In this document: positions 1-8,954 of the stretch, piece by piece
How positions within the stretch are numbered: position 1 is the first letter of the stretch
Layout of the letters: every line of letters begins with the position of its first letter
Assembly: GCA_963776275.1 (NCBI GenBank)
Contig: CAVZMI010000023.1
Location: 1 to 64,000, forward strand
Origin: Ignavibacteriota bacterium
GTDB taxonomy: Bacteria; Bacteroidota; Ignavibacteria; UBA10030; CAVZMI01
Length of the DNA: 64,000 nt
Direction: 5' to 3'
Position numbers and translations under genes: made by a program
Notes under the pieces: model-generated
What the model saw: only the letters and a program-made list of their open reading frames with translations
Told to the model about the DNA's origin: nothing
Database searches by the model: none

Positions 1-266
1 TCGCTGGTTTTTCGGTTCGTCTGCTTGGCATCAGTCTTCTGAGCATCCTTCCGGACAAGAATTTTCCCATTGAACACGCCTTTTGATTTTCCGGCGAGAA
101 TCCCCTTGTAGAGCTCATGACTGTTGCAGTGCGGCTTCGCATGGTCAATCGTCGTGTGGTTATCAACGTGTTGTTCGTCGGCCACGACGTAGAGCCCGTT
201 CAACGTGCACTCAGCTCCCTCTCCATCCAGAACGGCGGTAACATTGTTTCTTACCAGAGCACCGCT
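1..266 (-). pseudogene. sufD: Internal fragment of Fe-S cluster assembly protein SufD (no start; runs off window)
   Basis: Manual minus-strand translation: SGALVRNNVTAVLDGEGAECTLNGLYVVADEQHVDNHTTIDHAKPHCNSHELYKGILAGKSKGVFNGKILVRKDAQKTDAKQTN. An in-frame TAG lies about 8 codons upstream, with no N-terminal half. Confidence 0.85.
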
Positions 267-270
267 GTAA

Positions 271-897
271 GATACATTCGTGATGTTTATCTATCTTTCG
301 TTCGCTGCCCGGCTACCGTTTCGTATTTTTATGCCGACGTTATTATTTTTAAATACCATGTTTCTTTTTGTGCATAAGGATTTTCAATTTTCTGTCTTGA
401 AGAAAGGAAAGCCTACAAAAAAGCGTATGAGCATTGCGGCACTATTGTTAGCAGTATTTTTATTATTGCCATTGCACCTTTTGATTTTATATAATCAGGG
501 GAAAGCTAACCAAGAGAAGTATCTATCTATGAAGAATGGGCTGCGATTATTATCTGCTGGAAAAGATAAATTGTATATAGTATGGGGACCGGACGCAATG
601 AACCTTCAAGATACTTCGCCGTTTTCAGATCTAAAAGAATTTTCCAATTTGAACTTTGTGTTTGCAGGGAGATTACACGATCCCTTCAATAAAAGAATAC
701 TTGCAAATTTCGGAGTTGAAAATGTTTACCTCTCCTTCACCAGGGAGATGAATATATTTCTTATTATGTACAATGATCGAATGTACCAGGATATGTTGAG
801 TAAGTTTATAATGGAGCATTTCCAAAAAAGTGTCGATTTTATAGTTGTCGATAAGTATAAGAACATGGGCATATATAAAATGGCTGTAGCCAATTAG
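271..897 (+). pseudogene. C-terminal part of a polytopic membrane protein (possible GT-C type), N-terminus missing
   Basis: Hydrophobic segments (FIYLSFAARLPFRIF..., AALLLAVFLLLPLHLLIL) followed by a soluble tail. The frame is closed by TAA at 268-270, next to the sufD fragment. Confidence 0.5.
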
Positions 898-956
898 GAT
901 TCCGAAGCTGTAGCCGCAAACGGTTACTTTATAATAACCAACGAGGAAAAGCCGCG

Positions 957-2123
957 GTGAAAATACCATTTAACAAACCTTATGCAACCGGGAATGAATT
1001 AACGTATATTCACGATGCTATAAAACGCGGCCATTTATCAGGAAACGGCGAGTATACGAAGAAATGTCAAACCTGGCTGATCGAGAACATCGGCTGTAAA
1101 AAAGCGCTGTTGACTAATTCCTGTACCGCGGCATTGGAGATGACCGCCGTCATTACGGATATACAGCCGGGCGATGAAGTCATCATGCCGTCCTTTACTT
1201 TTGTTTCGACCGCCAATGCTTTCGTATTGCGGGGCGGAGTCCCGGTATTTGTCGATATTCGCCCGGATACTCTGAATATTGATGAGACAAAAATCGAAGC
1301 AGCCATTACGGAAAGAACAAAAGCCATTGTTCCGGTGCATTATGCAGGAGTAGCCTGTGAGATGAATGCAATCATGGCGATCGCTGAAAAGTATAACCTG
1401 TTGGTCATCGAAGACGCTGCTCACGGTATTATGTCGCGATATAAAGGTCGGACACTGGGAAGTATCGGACATTTGGCCGCATTGAGTTTTCATGAAACGA
1501 AGAATATTATCTCCGGAGAAGGCGGAGCATTATTGATCAACGATCTCCGTTTTGCAGAAAGAGCGGAGATTATTTGGGAAAAGGGGACGGATCGGAGTAA
1601 ATTTTTCCGGGGCGAAGTCGATAAATATACCTGGCTCGATATCGGTTCCTCATATCTGCCGAGTGAAATTGTTGCTGCCTTCTTATGGGCTCAAATGGAA
1701 CAGGCGGAATCATTAGTAGCATCCCGGCTTGATATTTGGAACACCTATCACAAGGCTTTTCAAAAATTTGAGATGGATGGGCTGATCAGGCGCCCGATCA
1801 TTCCAGTTGATTGTACTCAGAACGGACATATGTATTATTTATTATTGCCGGATCTTAAATGCCGCAATGCATTTATTGCTTTTTTAAAAGAAAACGGGAT
1901 CCATGCAGTTTTTCATTATATCCCGCTTGATAGATCGCCCGGAGGTATTAAGTTCGGCAGGAAGCACGGGGAAATGAAAATAACATATGAGATAAGCGAT
2001 AGGTTGGTGAGATTACCGTTCTATCTTGAATTAGACGAAATGTCCATCAATTATATTATAAATATAATCACGAGGGCATTGACGTGCCCTACAATAGTAA
2101 ATACTTCCCCGCAGAGAGCTTGA
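957..2123 (+). CDS. wecE: dTDP-4-amino-4,6-dideoxygalactose transaminase (DegT/DnrJ family)
   Basis: Motifs IPFNKPY, SCTAALE, SFHETKN, KGTDRSKFFRGEVDKYTW and VFHYIPL, typical of WecE/RffA. Confidence 0.92.
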   Translation: MKIPFNKPYATGNELTYIHDAIKRGHLSGNGEYTKKCQTWLIENIGCKKALLTNSCTAALEMTAVITDIQPGDEVIMPSFTFVSTANAFVLRGGVPVFVDIRPDTLNIDETKIEAAITERTKAIVPVHYAGVACEMNAIMAIAEKYNLLVIEDAAHGIMSRYKGRTLGSIGHLAALSFHETKNIISGEGGALLINDLRFAERAEIIWEKGTDRSKFFRGEVDKYTWLDIGSSYLPSEIVAAFLWAQMEQAESLVASRLDIWNTYHKAFQKFEMDGLIRRPIIPVDCTQNGHMYYLLLPDLKCRNAFIAFLKENGIHAVFHYIPLDRSPGGIKFGRKHGEMKITYEISDRLVRLPFYLELDEMSINYIINIITRALTCPTIVNTSPQRA

Positions 2124-2156
2124 GTAACGAAACTAATAATTTCAAAAGAAAATCGT

Positions 2157-3362
2157 ATGAAAATAAAGTACGCGCTTTTACAAGTTATGAAAAAGGAAAA
2201 ATTGAACTCGTATTTGAGTTTAATCACTAAGAAAAGTACTATCACATTCTCTATTATCACATTATTAGCGTTTTGTATTTTTTTTAATCAAGCGAGTTGC
2301 AGGATAATTCGTTCTGACCTGGGTGCTCATATCCAGTTCATGAAACAACATTTTGAACAAGGAAGGAGACTCGATCATCCATTTTTTCACTATGTTACTT
2401 ACTATATATCACAGCTATTTTCCTTTAATCTGGTGGCTACGGCAATTGTCATCTTGACATTATCTGTTTTAATCAGTGCGATTATAATTTTTTTAATATT
2501 AAATGAATCTCTTCGCAATGACTATTCAGAAAATATTATTTTGTTTTTTACTTTTTGTCTGATGATCGTTTCGGCTATTTATTTGCCCTTTTTTAATAAA
2601 AATATTTACCTCGGACAAAGTTCACCGAATGTATGGCATAATCCGACCACGGTAGTCGTAAAGCCCTTTGCATTTTTATCGATTCTTCTATTCATCTATT
2701 TGTTGAATATAGAGAATACAAAGAAATTGATAATGTTTTCTATTCTCGAAGCGGCTTTGATTGCTATAAGTGTATCCGCCAAGCCGAATTTTTTTATGTC
2801 ATTTTTCCCTGCTGTATATATTTTTTTATTGTTAAGAGTTAATCTTTTTAAAAAATATTTTTGGAAGTTTACCGTGATCTCGATACCGGCATTGGCCATT
2901 CTTGCATGGGAATATTTTATGAGATTCGAAGAGGGAGGAGAAAGCAAGATTATAATTGATTTTTTAGGAGTCTGGAGCCATTATACTCCAAATGTCTTTA
3001 TATCATTACTATTACTGATAGCCTTTCCAATTTCTGTGCTTATTTTTTATTTTAAAAAGGTCATCAAGAATGATTTTTTAGTCTTAAGTTGGCTGGTATT
3101 TCTCATTGCTTTGCTTCAATACTCTATATTTGCCGAAGCATATCCGCACCATTATCACGGGAATTTTGGCTGGGGCAGGCAGATAATACTTCCCATGGTA
3201 TTTACATTTTCAGTAGTCGAGTTTATGAAATTGATCAAAGAACCACATAGAAATAAATGGGGCAGATATAAAAAATATTTTGTTTCGCTCTGTTTTTCCT
3301 TGCATGTAATTTCTGGCCTGTGTTATTTGGCAATGATGTTCATCACCGGGAGTTTTCATTAA
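2157..3362 (+). CDS. Polytopic membrane protein, putative GT-C glycosyltransferase
   Basis: About 10 TM segments with loop motifs SDLGAH, PNVWHNPT and AKPNF; sits near a GtrB-like GT2. Confidence 0.55.
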   Translation: MKIKYALLQVMKKEKLNSYLSLITKKSTITFSIITLLAFCIFFNQASCRIIRSDLGAHIQFMKQHFEQGRRLDHPFFHYVTYYISQLFSFNLVATAIVILTLSVLISAIIIFLILNESLRNDYSENIILFFTFCLMIVSAIYLPFFNKNIYLGQSSPNVWHNPTTVVVKPFAFLSILLFIYLLNIENTKKLIMFSILEAALIAISVSAKPNFFMSFFPAVYIFLLLRVNLFKKYFWKFTVISIPALAILAWEYFMRFEEGGESKIIIDFLGVWSHYTPNVFISLLLLIAFPISVLIFYFKKVIKNDFLVLSWLVFLIALLQYSIFAEAYPHHYHGNFGWGRQIILPMVFTFSVVEFMKLIKEPHRNKWGRYKKYFVSLCFSLHVISGLCYLAMMFITGSFH

Positions 3363-3364
3363 CG

Positions 3365-4324
3365 ATGAGACAAAAACTTTTTAATTGGTTAAAACTCCTT
3401 ATTAGCGGGGCATTAATTTATTTTTTATTGAAAGTTCTCGATATCAAGCGCATATGGCTGATCTTACACAATGTAAATATAGGATACAGTGCCCTGGCCT
3501 TTCTTTGTTCGGGATTTGTCTTACCGATTCTAGCATTTCGTTGGAAACGGGTATTGAAAGCCTCTGAAATACTTGTTCCCGTTACCCGGCTGATACGGAT
3601 AAATCTCATCGGGATTTGTTCCAGTAATTTTTTCCCGGGTTTGTTTGGTGGAGATTTAATACGCCCGCTCTATTTGCTCCAAGATTATCGGAATAAAAAA
3701 ATTCCTTTATATGCTTCCGTTTTTTTTGAACGGATATGCGGATTTATGGGGATACTGCTTCTGGGACTGATAAGCGGTATCTGGTTGGCCTTTATGATAA
3801 AAGAGTGGTATTATATTTTGATAACTGTTGTAATCGGCGCAGCTTTTATTTTTGTTTTTTTCTTTTTCAATCGGTTAGGTGCATCTAAAACATCACTACC
3901 CGGATTCTTGAAACGGTTTCAGTCTTTCGTGCATCGTTTTTATTCGAGTTTCATACTGTATGCAAATAACAGACGATTATTAGCGGAAACTGTCTGTTGG
4001 AGTTTATTGTCCCAAATCATCAGTATATTAATGTATTGGATATTACTGGCCGGAACGGGAAGCATTGTCAATCCTATGATGGTAATAATTGCCGTCTCTC
4101 TGGCATGGCTTGTAGCGTTAATTCCAGTTTCTCTGAACGGATTGGGTTTACGCGAGGGGAGTATGGTGTATTTACTGACCCGATTCGGAGTGGCTCCGGA
4201 TAGAGCTGGAATTGCAGTTTTATTGGGTCTAGTACCGACTTTATTTTTTTCCATTATTGGAGCCATGTTGTTAACTTCCGGGATCAATCTCAAGAAAATA
4301 ATGAAAGAAGTAAAACATGAGTAA
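3365..4324 (+). CDS. Lysylphosphatidylglycerol-synthase TM domain (UPF0104) flippase-like protein
   Basis: Motifs AFRW, NFFPGLFGGDLIR, FERICG and IPVSLNGLGLREG; ATG 3365 directly follows the upstream stop. Confidence 0.85.
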   Translation: MRQKLFNWLKLLISGALIYFLLKVLDIKRIWLILHNVNIGYSALAFLCSGFVLPILAFRWKRVLKASEILVPVTRLIRINLIGICSSNFFPGLFGGDLIRPLYLLQDYRNKKIPLYASVFFERICGFMGILLLGLISGIWLAFMIKEWYYILITVVIGAAFIFVFFFFNRLGASKTSLPGFLKRFQSFVHRFYSSFILYANNRRLLAETVCWSLLSQIISILMYWILLAGTGSIVNPMMVIIAVSLAWLVALIPVSLNGLGLREGSMVYLLTRFGVAPDRAGIAVLLGLVPTLFFSIIGAMLLTSGINLKKIMKEVKHE

Positions 4325-4390
4325 TGTTGGTGAATCCAGATCAGGTGCTGCATTGAAATATCGATGATAAAAAAGCGAGGAGGATTAACA

Positions 4391-5231
4391 ATGAAAAGAT
4401 TGATAATCAATCTTTCTCCTACCGGTATGGTTCCCACTAAGAAAATGACGCCTCACGTTCCTGAGAGTCCGTCGGAAATTATCGAAGATGTGCTGAAATG
4501 TACAACTCTCGGAGTGTCTATGGCGCATTTGCATGCACGCGATGCAAATGGAGCCCCTACCTATAAAAAAGAAACTTATAATGAGATTATAACCGGGATT
4601 AAGGAAAAAAATAAAGATTTGGTGGTTGTAGTATCGACAAGCGGTAGGAATTTTACTGAATTCTGGCAGCGTTCGGATGTGCTTGACCTTGAAGGAGAAG
4701 TAAAACCGGATATGGCCAGTTTGACGTTGAGTTCATTGAATTTCATTAAAACGGCCAGTATGAACAGTCCTGATATGGTCATCAAACTGGCCGAAAAGAT
4801 GCAGGGAAATGGTATCAAACCCGAGCTGGAAGTTTTTGATTTCGGAATGGTTAATTTTGCGCATTATCTGATTAAGAAAGAAATAATACAGCCGCCATAT
4901 TACTTTAATATTCTTTTAGGTAATATTGCAACGGCACAGGCTAAATTATTACAACTGGGTTTGATCATATCGGAACTGCCGGAAAATTCTGTCTGGTCGA
5001 TAGCCGGTATCGGTGAATGCCAATGTAGAATGAATGCAATCAGTATTCTTGAGGGTGGAGGAGTACGCGTCGGGCTTGAAGATAACATCTGGTATGACGA
5101 AGAGCGGACTACTCTGGCCACTAATTATGCTCTGGTTGAGCGTCTCGTCAAGATTGCAACGGTAATCGGACGTTCCGATCGCCACTCCACTGGAAGTGCG
5201 GGAGTTATTGAAATTACGGCCTCCCGGGTAA
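4391..5231 (+). CDS. Beta-keto acid cleavage enzyme (BKACE/DUF849, Kce-like), with a +1 frameshift near 5174
   Basis: Motifs SPTG, HLHARD, KPELEVFD and GGVRVGLEDN; RBS GAGGAGG. Removing one T at 5173-5174 restores the family tail GRPIATPLEVRELLKL ending TAA 5229-5231. Confidence 0.85.
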
Positions 5232-5297
5232 TTTGCAGCTTGAAGGTTAATATAAACCAAAAATGATTACAACTATTCCTTTGTCTGGAGAGGATCG

Positions 5298-6243
5298 ATG
5301 ACAACTAAACGTCCGCTCTTTTCGGTAGTAATTCCGGTGTATAATAGTGAACGATCATTAAACGAATTATCGAAAAGAGTGATCGAGATCTTTAAGAAGG
5401 AGATCAAAGTTGATTATGAGATCATCTTTGTCGATGACGGATCGAATGATCGATCCTGGGATGTTTTAAAAGGATTAAAACATAATAACACCCGAATAAC
5501 CATCATTCAACTGTCGCGCAATTTCGGACAGCATAACGCGACTCTCTGTGGATTCAATTTTTGCCGGGGCGATTATATTGTCACACTGGATGACGATTTG
5601 CAGCATCCCCCGGAAGAAATCCCCAAGTTATATCGTCGAATGATCGAGACAGGAACAAACGTCGTCATCGGACGACCTGAGAAAAAGAAACATTCGTTGT
5701 TTCGAAATTTAGGCAGCTTGATTATTGATCAGGCATATCAGAAGATTTTTGATAAGCCGGCCGGACTATATATCGGAAGTTTCCGGCTTTTAAAGGGCTG
5801 GGTAGTCAAAGAAATAATTCTCAACAAGTCCCCCAATCCAATGATTGGTGGATTAATTCTCCAGACCACCGACAAGATCGTCAATGAAACTCTGGTTCAT
5901 TGCAAACGGGTGTATGGAACTTTCCAATTATAAAATAGGTAAGATTGTAAAATTGATTTTGGATCTTTTTGTGAATTATTCGACACTTCCGCTGAAAATC
6001 GTTTCCGGCTGTGGTTTTTTATTTTTCATCGTCAGCTTCGTCGCCGGAATTATTGTCGTCATACGAAAAATATTCGGTTTGATAACTGTACCGGGATGGG
6101 CATCCCTCATACTGTTGTTCTTGTTTTTTTCGGGAATGAATATGATCGTCCTTGGTGTTGTGGGGGAATACGTGGCAAGGATAATCAAAGAAGTTATGTG
6201 TTCGAAGCAGTACTTAATCAGAGAAAAATTGAACGGGGATTGA
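5298..6243 (+). CDS. GT2 polyprenol-phosphate glycosyltransferase (GtrB/ArnC-like), split by a +1 frameshift near 5922
   Basis: Motifs VIPVYN, VDDGS, SRNFGQHNA and DDDLQHPPE. The second frame carries two TMs and LGVVGEYVARI; removing one T gives YGTSNY. Confidence 0.85.
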
Positions 6244-6379
6244 AAACGGATGCCCTCCCCCGTTAAAAATGAAAGTAAAAAGGAATCTCCGGATCGATTC
6301 AATTTTGAATGCGAAAGAAAAAATCTGAGATTGTCACCTCGGCTCCCTTTTTAAATTGCTCTCAAAGGAGTGTGGAATT

Positions 6380-7019
6380 TTGAAGAAACTGTTTATCTAT
6401 GGGGCATCCTTCGGCGATGTAATAAAATTAGTCGATGCAATCAACCGAGTGACTGTATCCTGGACAATATCGGGTTTTTTAGATGATACAAGGGAATTGC
6501 TGGGAAAAACGCTTATGGGTTATAAAATCCTGGGAGGTCGGGAGCTACTCCCCGAACTGGCCGGACAGGAAGACAGCTATTTTTTTAATAATGTGAATGG
6601 CAGTCGGTTAGGGAATCAACATATCGCCGAACTATTGGATTCATTTCACTGTAATATTCCAAGTCTGGTTAGATCCATCGATTGATGTAAGTTACGTTAA
6701 AATCGGTCGAGGATGCATTATCCCGGATGGGTGTGTCATTGGAGCAAATGTGACGATTGGTGATTTTGTGACGGTTCGATATGGAAGTGTTATCAGTCAT
6801 GATGTAGAAATCGGAGAGAACGTATTGCTGGGCCCGGGTGTTACTGTCGGCGGTCGGGTCAAGATTAAGAAAGGTTGCGTGATTGGAGCAAGAGCGACAA
6901 TAATGATGGAGACAACGGTGGGGGAATTCGCTACGGTCGGGGCTGGAACCGTTGTCATACGGGATGTTCCTGCGCATACCACTGTGGTGGGGGTACCGGG
7001 TAGGGAAATAAAAAGTTAA
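6380..7019 (+). CDS. NeuD/PglD-family hexapeptide-repeat sugar acyltransferase, split by a +1 frameshift near 6670
   Basis: N-terminal LFIYGAS...GFLDD, C-terminal left-handed beta-helix with SHD and VVGVPGR. Removing one T gives PSLVDPSIDVSYVKIGRGCII; RBS AAGGAG precedes TTG 6380. Confidence 0.85.
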
Positions 7020-7064
7020 CGTATCGTTTGAGTGTTCCTCGGTAAATAATTCGTAACTTGGAGC

Positions 7065-8072
7065 ATGGAGAAGGAATATTTAAGAATGAAGATATCGGTA
7101 GCGTTATGTACATATAACGGTGAATCGTTCCTGAAAGACCAGCTCTCGAGTATAATCAGTCAAAGCCTGCCGCCGGATGAAGTGATCATTGGTGACGATC
7201 ATTCAACCGATAGAACTGTTGAAATTATCGACTCGTTCAAGACATCAAGTCCATTTCCTGTCACGGTCTATCGGAATCCTGTAAATTTGGGATCGACCAA
7301 GAATTTTGAAAAAGCCGTTCAACTTTGTCACGGTGATATTATTACCTTTGCCGATCAGGATGATGTCTGGAAGCCTCAGAAGCTCGAGATCATATCCAAA
7401 GTCTTCATAGCTTATCCAAATATCGGTTATGCCTTTTCGAATGCTGAATTAGTTGATGCCGAACTTAAATCCTTAGGGATGAATTTATGGGAATCGCTGG
7501 GTTTTACAGATAAAGAACTTCAAGATTACCTCGGAGGCAGGCAGCTTGAGGTTTTATTGAAACAGAATGTGGTGACGGGCGCGACTATGGCTTTCCGTGT
7601 ATTCCTTAAGGATTTGGTCTTGCCTTTCTCGGGAAATTGGATTCATGATGGATGGATTGCCATGTTGGCTTCGATTGTTGGGATTCAGGGATTGCCCATT
7701 CCAGAATCATTGGTATTATACCGGCAGCATAGTAAGCAACAATTGGGAGAATATAGGCAAAGTTATTGGGATATCGTCAATAATTCTCTAAGAATCAGTG
7801 CGGATGATTTTGGGAAATTGGCTTCAGCCTGTCAGGAAGTTGAAGAACGGATTATCGCGAGGCACCCCGGATTAAATCCGACCCAGTATGGCCGGATTGA
7901 ATTACTGGAAAGAAAAATAAATCATTTTCTAAAACGTAAATTGATCCATTCTTCTTCCGGCTTTCTAAGGTTTAAAACGATTCTTAATGAAGTCAAATTC
8001 AGAAATTATCAAAGCTTTTCTTGCGGATGGCTGAGTATCGGACGCGACTTATTTTTTAAACATCGATATTGA
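7065..8072 (+). CDS. GT2 glycosyltransferase
   Basis: Motifs VALCTYNG, DDHSTD, ADQDDVW, HDGWI and YRQH. Confidence 0.9.
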   Translation: MEKEYLRMKISVALCTYNGESFLKDQLSSIISQSLPPDEVIIGDDHSTDRTVEIIDSFKTSSPFPVTVYRNPVNLGSTKNFEKAVQLCHGDIITFADQDDVWKPQKLEIISKVFIAYPNIGYAFSNAELVDAELKSLGMNLWESLGFTDKELQDYLGGRQLEVLLKQNVVTGATMAFRVFLKDLVLPFSGNWIHDGWIAMLASIVGIQGLPIPESLVLYRQHSKQQLGEYRQSYWDIVNNSLRISADDFGKLASACQEVEERIIARHPGLNPTQYGRIELLERKINHFLKRKLIHSSSGFLRFKTILNEVKFRNYQSFSCGWLSIGRDLFFKHRY

Positions 8073-8079
8073 TACGAAA

Positions 8080-8844
8080 GTGATGAAGATGCCCGGGAAT
8101 CAAAATATAATTGTTTTAGGAATGCACCGCAGTGGAACTTCATTAATAGCAAGCATATTATACAAAATTGGATTTTTTATGGGGGAGGAACTTTTAGGGA
8201 AAAATATTTCCAACCCCCTGGGCCATTTCGAAGATCAAAATTTAATTGACTTGAATGATCAAATCCTTTCGGCGGCTGGCGGGACATGGTACGATCCCCC
8301 GGAGAGGGGAGCGATTCTCAATCAGTCCGGCAAATTTCAACAGGAAATAGTTTCATCGGTAGCTGCGATGCCATCCGGATTATGGGGATGGAAAGACCCG
8401 CGATTGTGTTTGACCATCGAATTATTTTTACCATACTTAGACACTCCGGTGTTTATCATATGCCGTCGGGAACCATCATCGATTGCAGAGTCGCTTTATC
8501 GTCGGAATCGCATCGACTATAAACGAGGTTTGTCGGTTGTCGATATATATCAAAAAAGGATCGACCTTTTTTTGGAAAAATATACCGATCATCGCCGGAT
8601 GATCATTCACTACGAGGAAATTTGCTCCAATCCGGACCAAGCCGTACGTCAGATCATCGATTTTCTCAAGCTGGAAATACCACCTAAAATATTTCGGGAA
8701 GCGGTGAAGTCTGTCGTATCAAGGACCAGAATCCATAGGATGGAAAAAAGAATAGAGAGGAATGATTTACTAAAAACTGCCTTCTTTCAATTTTTTAAAA
8801 ATCCAAAAGTTTTTTTTATCAAACTTAAAAATTACCTGACCTAA
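8080..8844 (+). CDS. Sulfotransferase-family (P-loop) protein
   Basis: Motifs VLGMHRSGTS, NPLGHFE, WGWKDPR and SIAESL..R. Confidence 0.8.
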   Translation: MMKMPGNQNIIVLGMHRSGTSLIASILYKIGFFMGEELLGKNISNPLGHFEDQNLIDLNDQILSAAGGTWYDPPERGAILNQSGKFQQEIVSSVAAMPSGLWGWKDPRLCLTIELFLPYLDTPVFIICRREPSSIAESLYRRNRIDYKRGLSVVDIYQKRIDLFLEKYTDHRRMIIHYEEICSNPDQAVRQIIDFLKLEIPPKIFREAVKSVVSRTRIHRMEKRIERNDLLKTAFFQFFKNPKVFFIKLKNYLT

Positions 8845-8954
8845 AACAATCTAGTGTCGATGGGGAAGCCTTATTCGAAATGCCCTTTAACATTGATACC
8901 ACATTTGAATGGCGAAGTTGTATTTATTGATAAAGAAACGGTGCCAGGGAGATC

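Noticed and set aside
117-377. 86-aa plus-strand ORF
   Set aside because: It is the antisense shadow of the sufD fragment and crosses the junction.
5173-6670. Programmed frameshifting or phase variation
   Set aside because: The runs are only 2-3 T with no slippery heptamer; sequencing error is more parsimonious.
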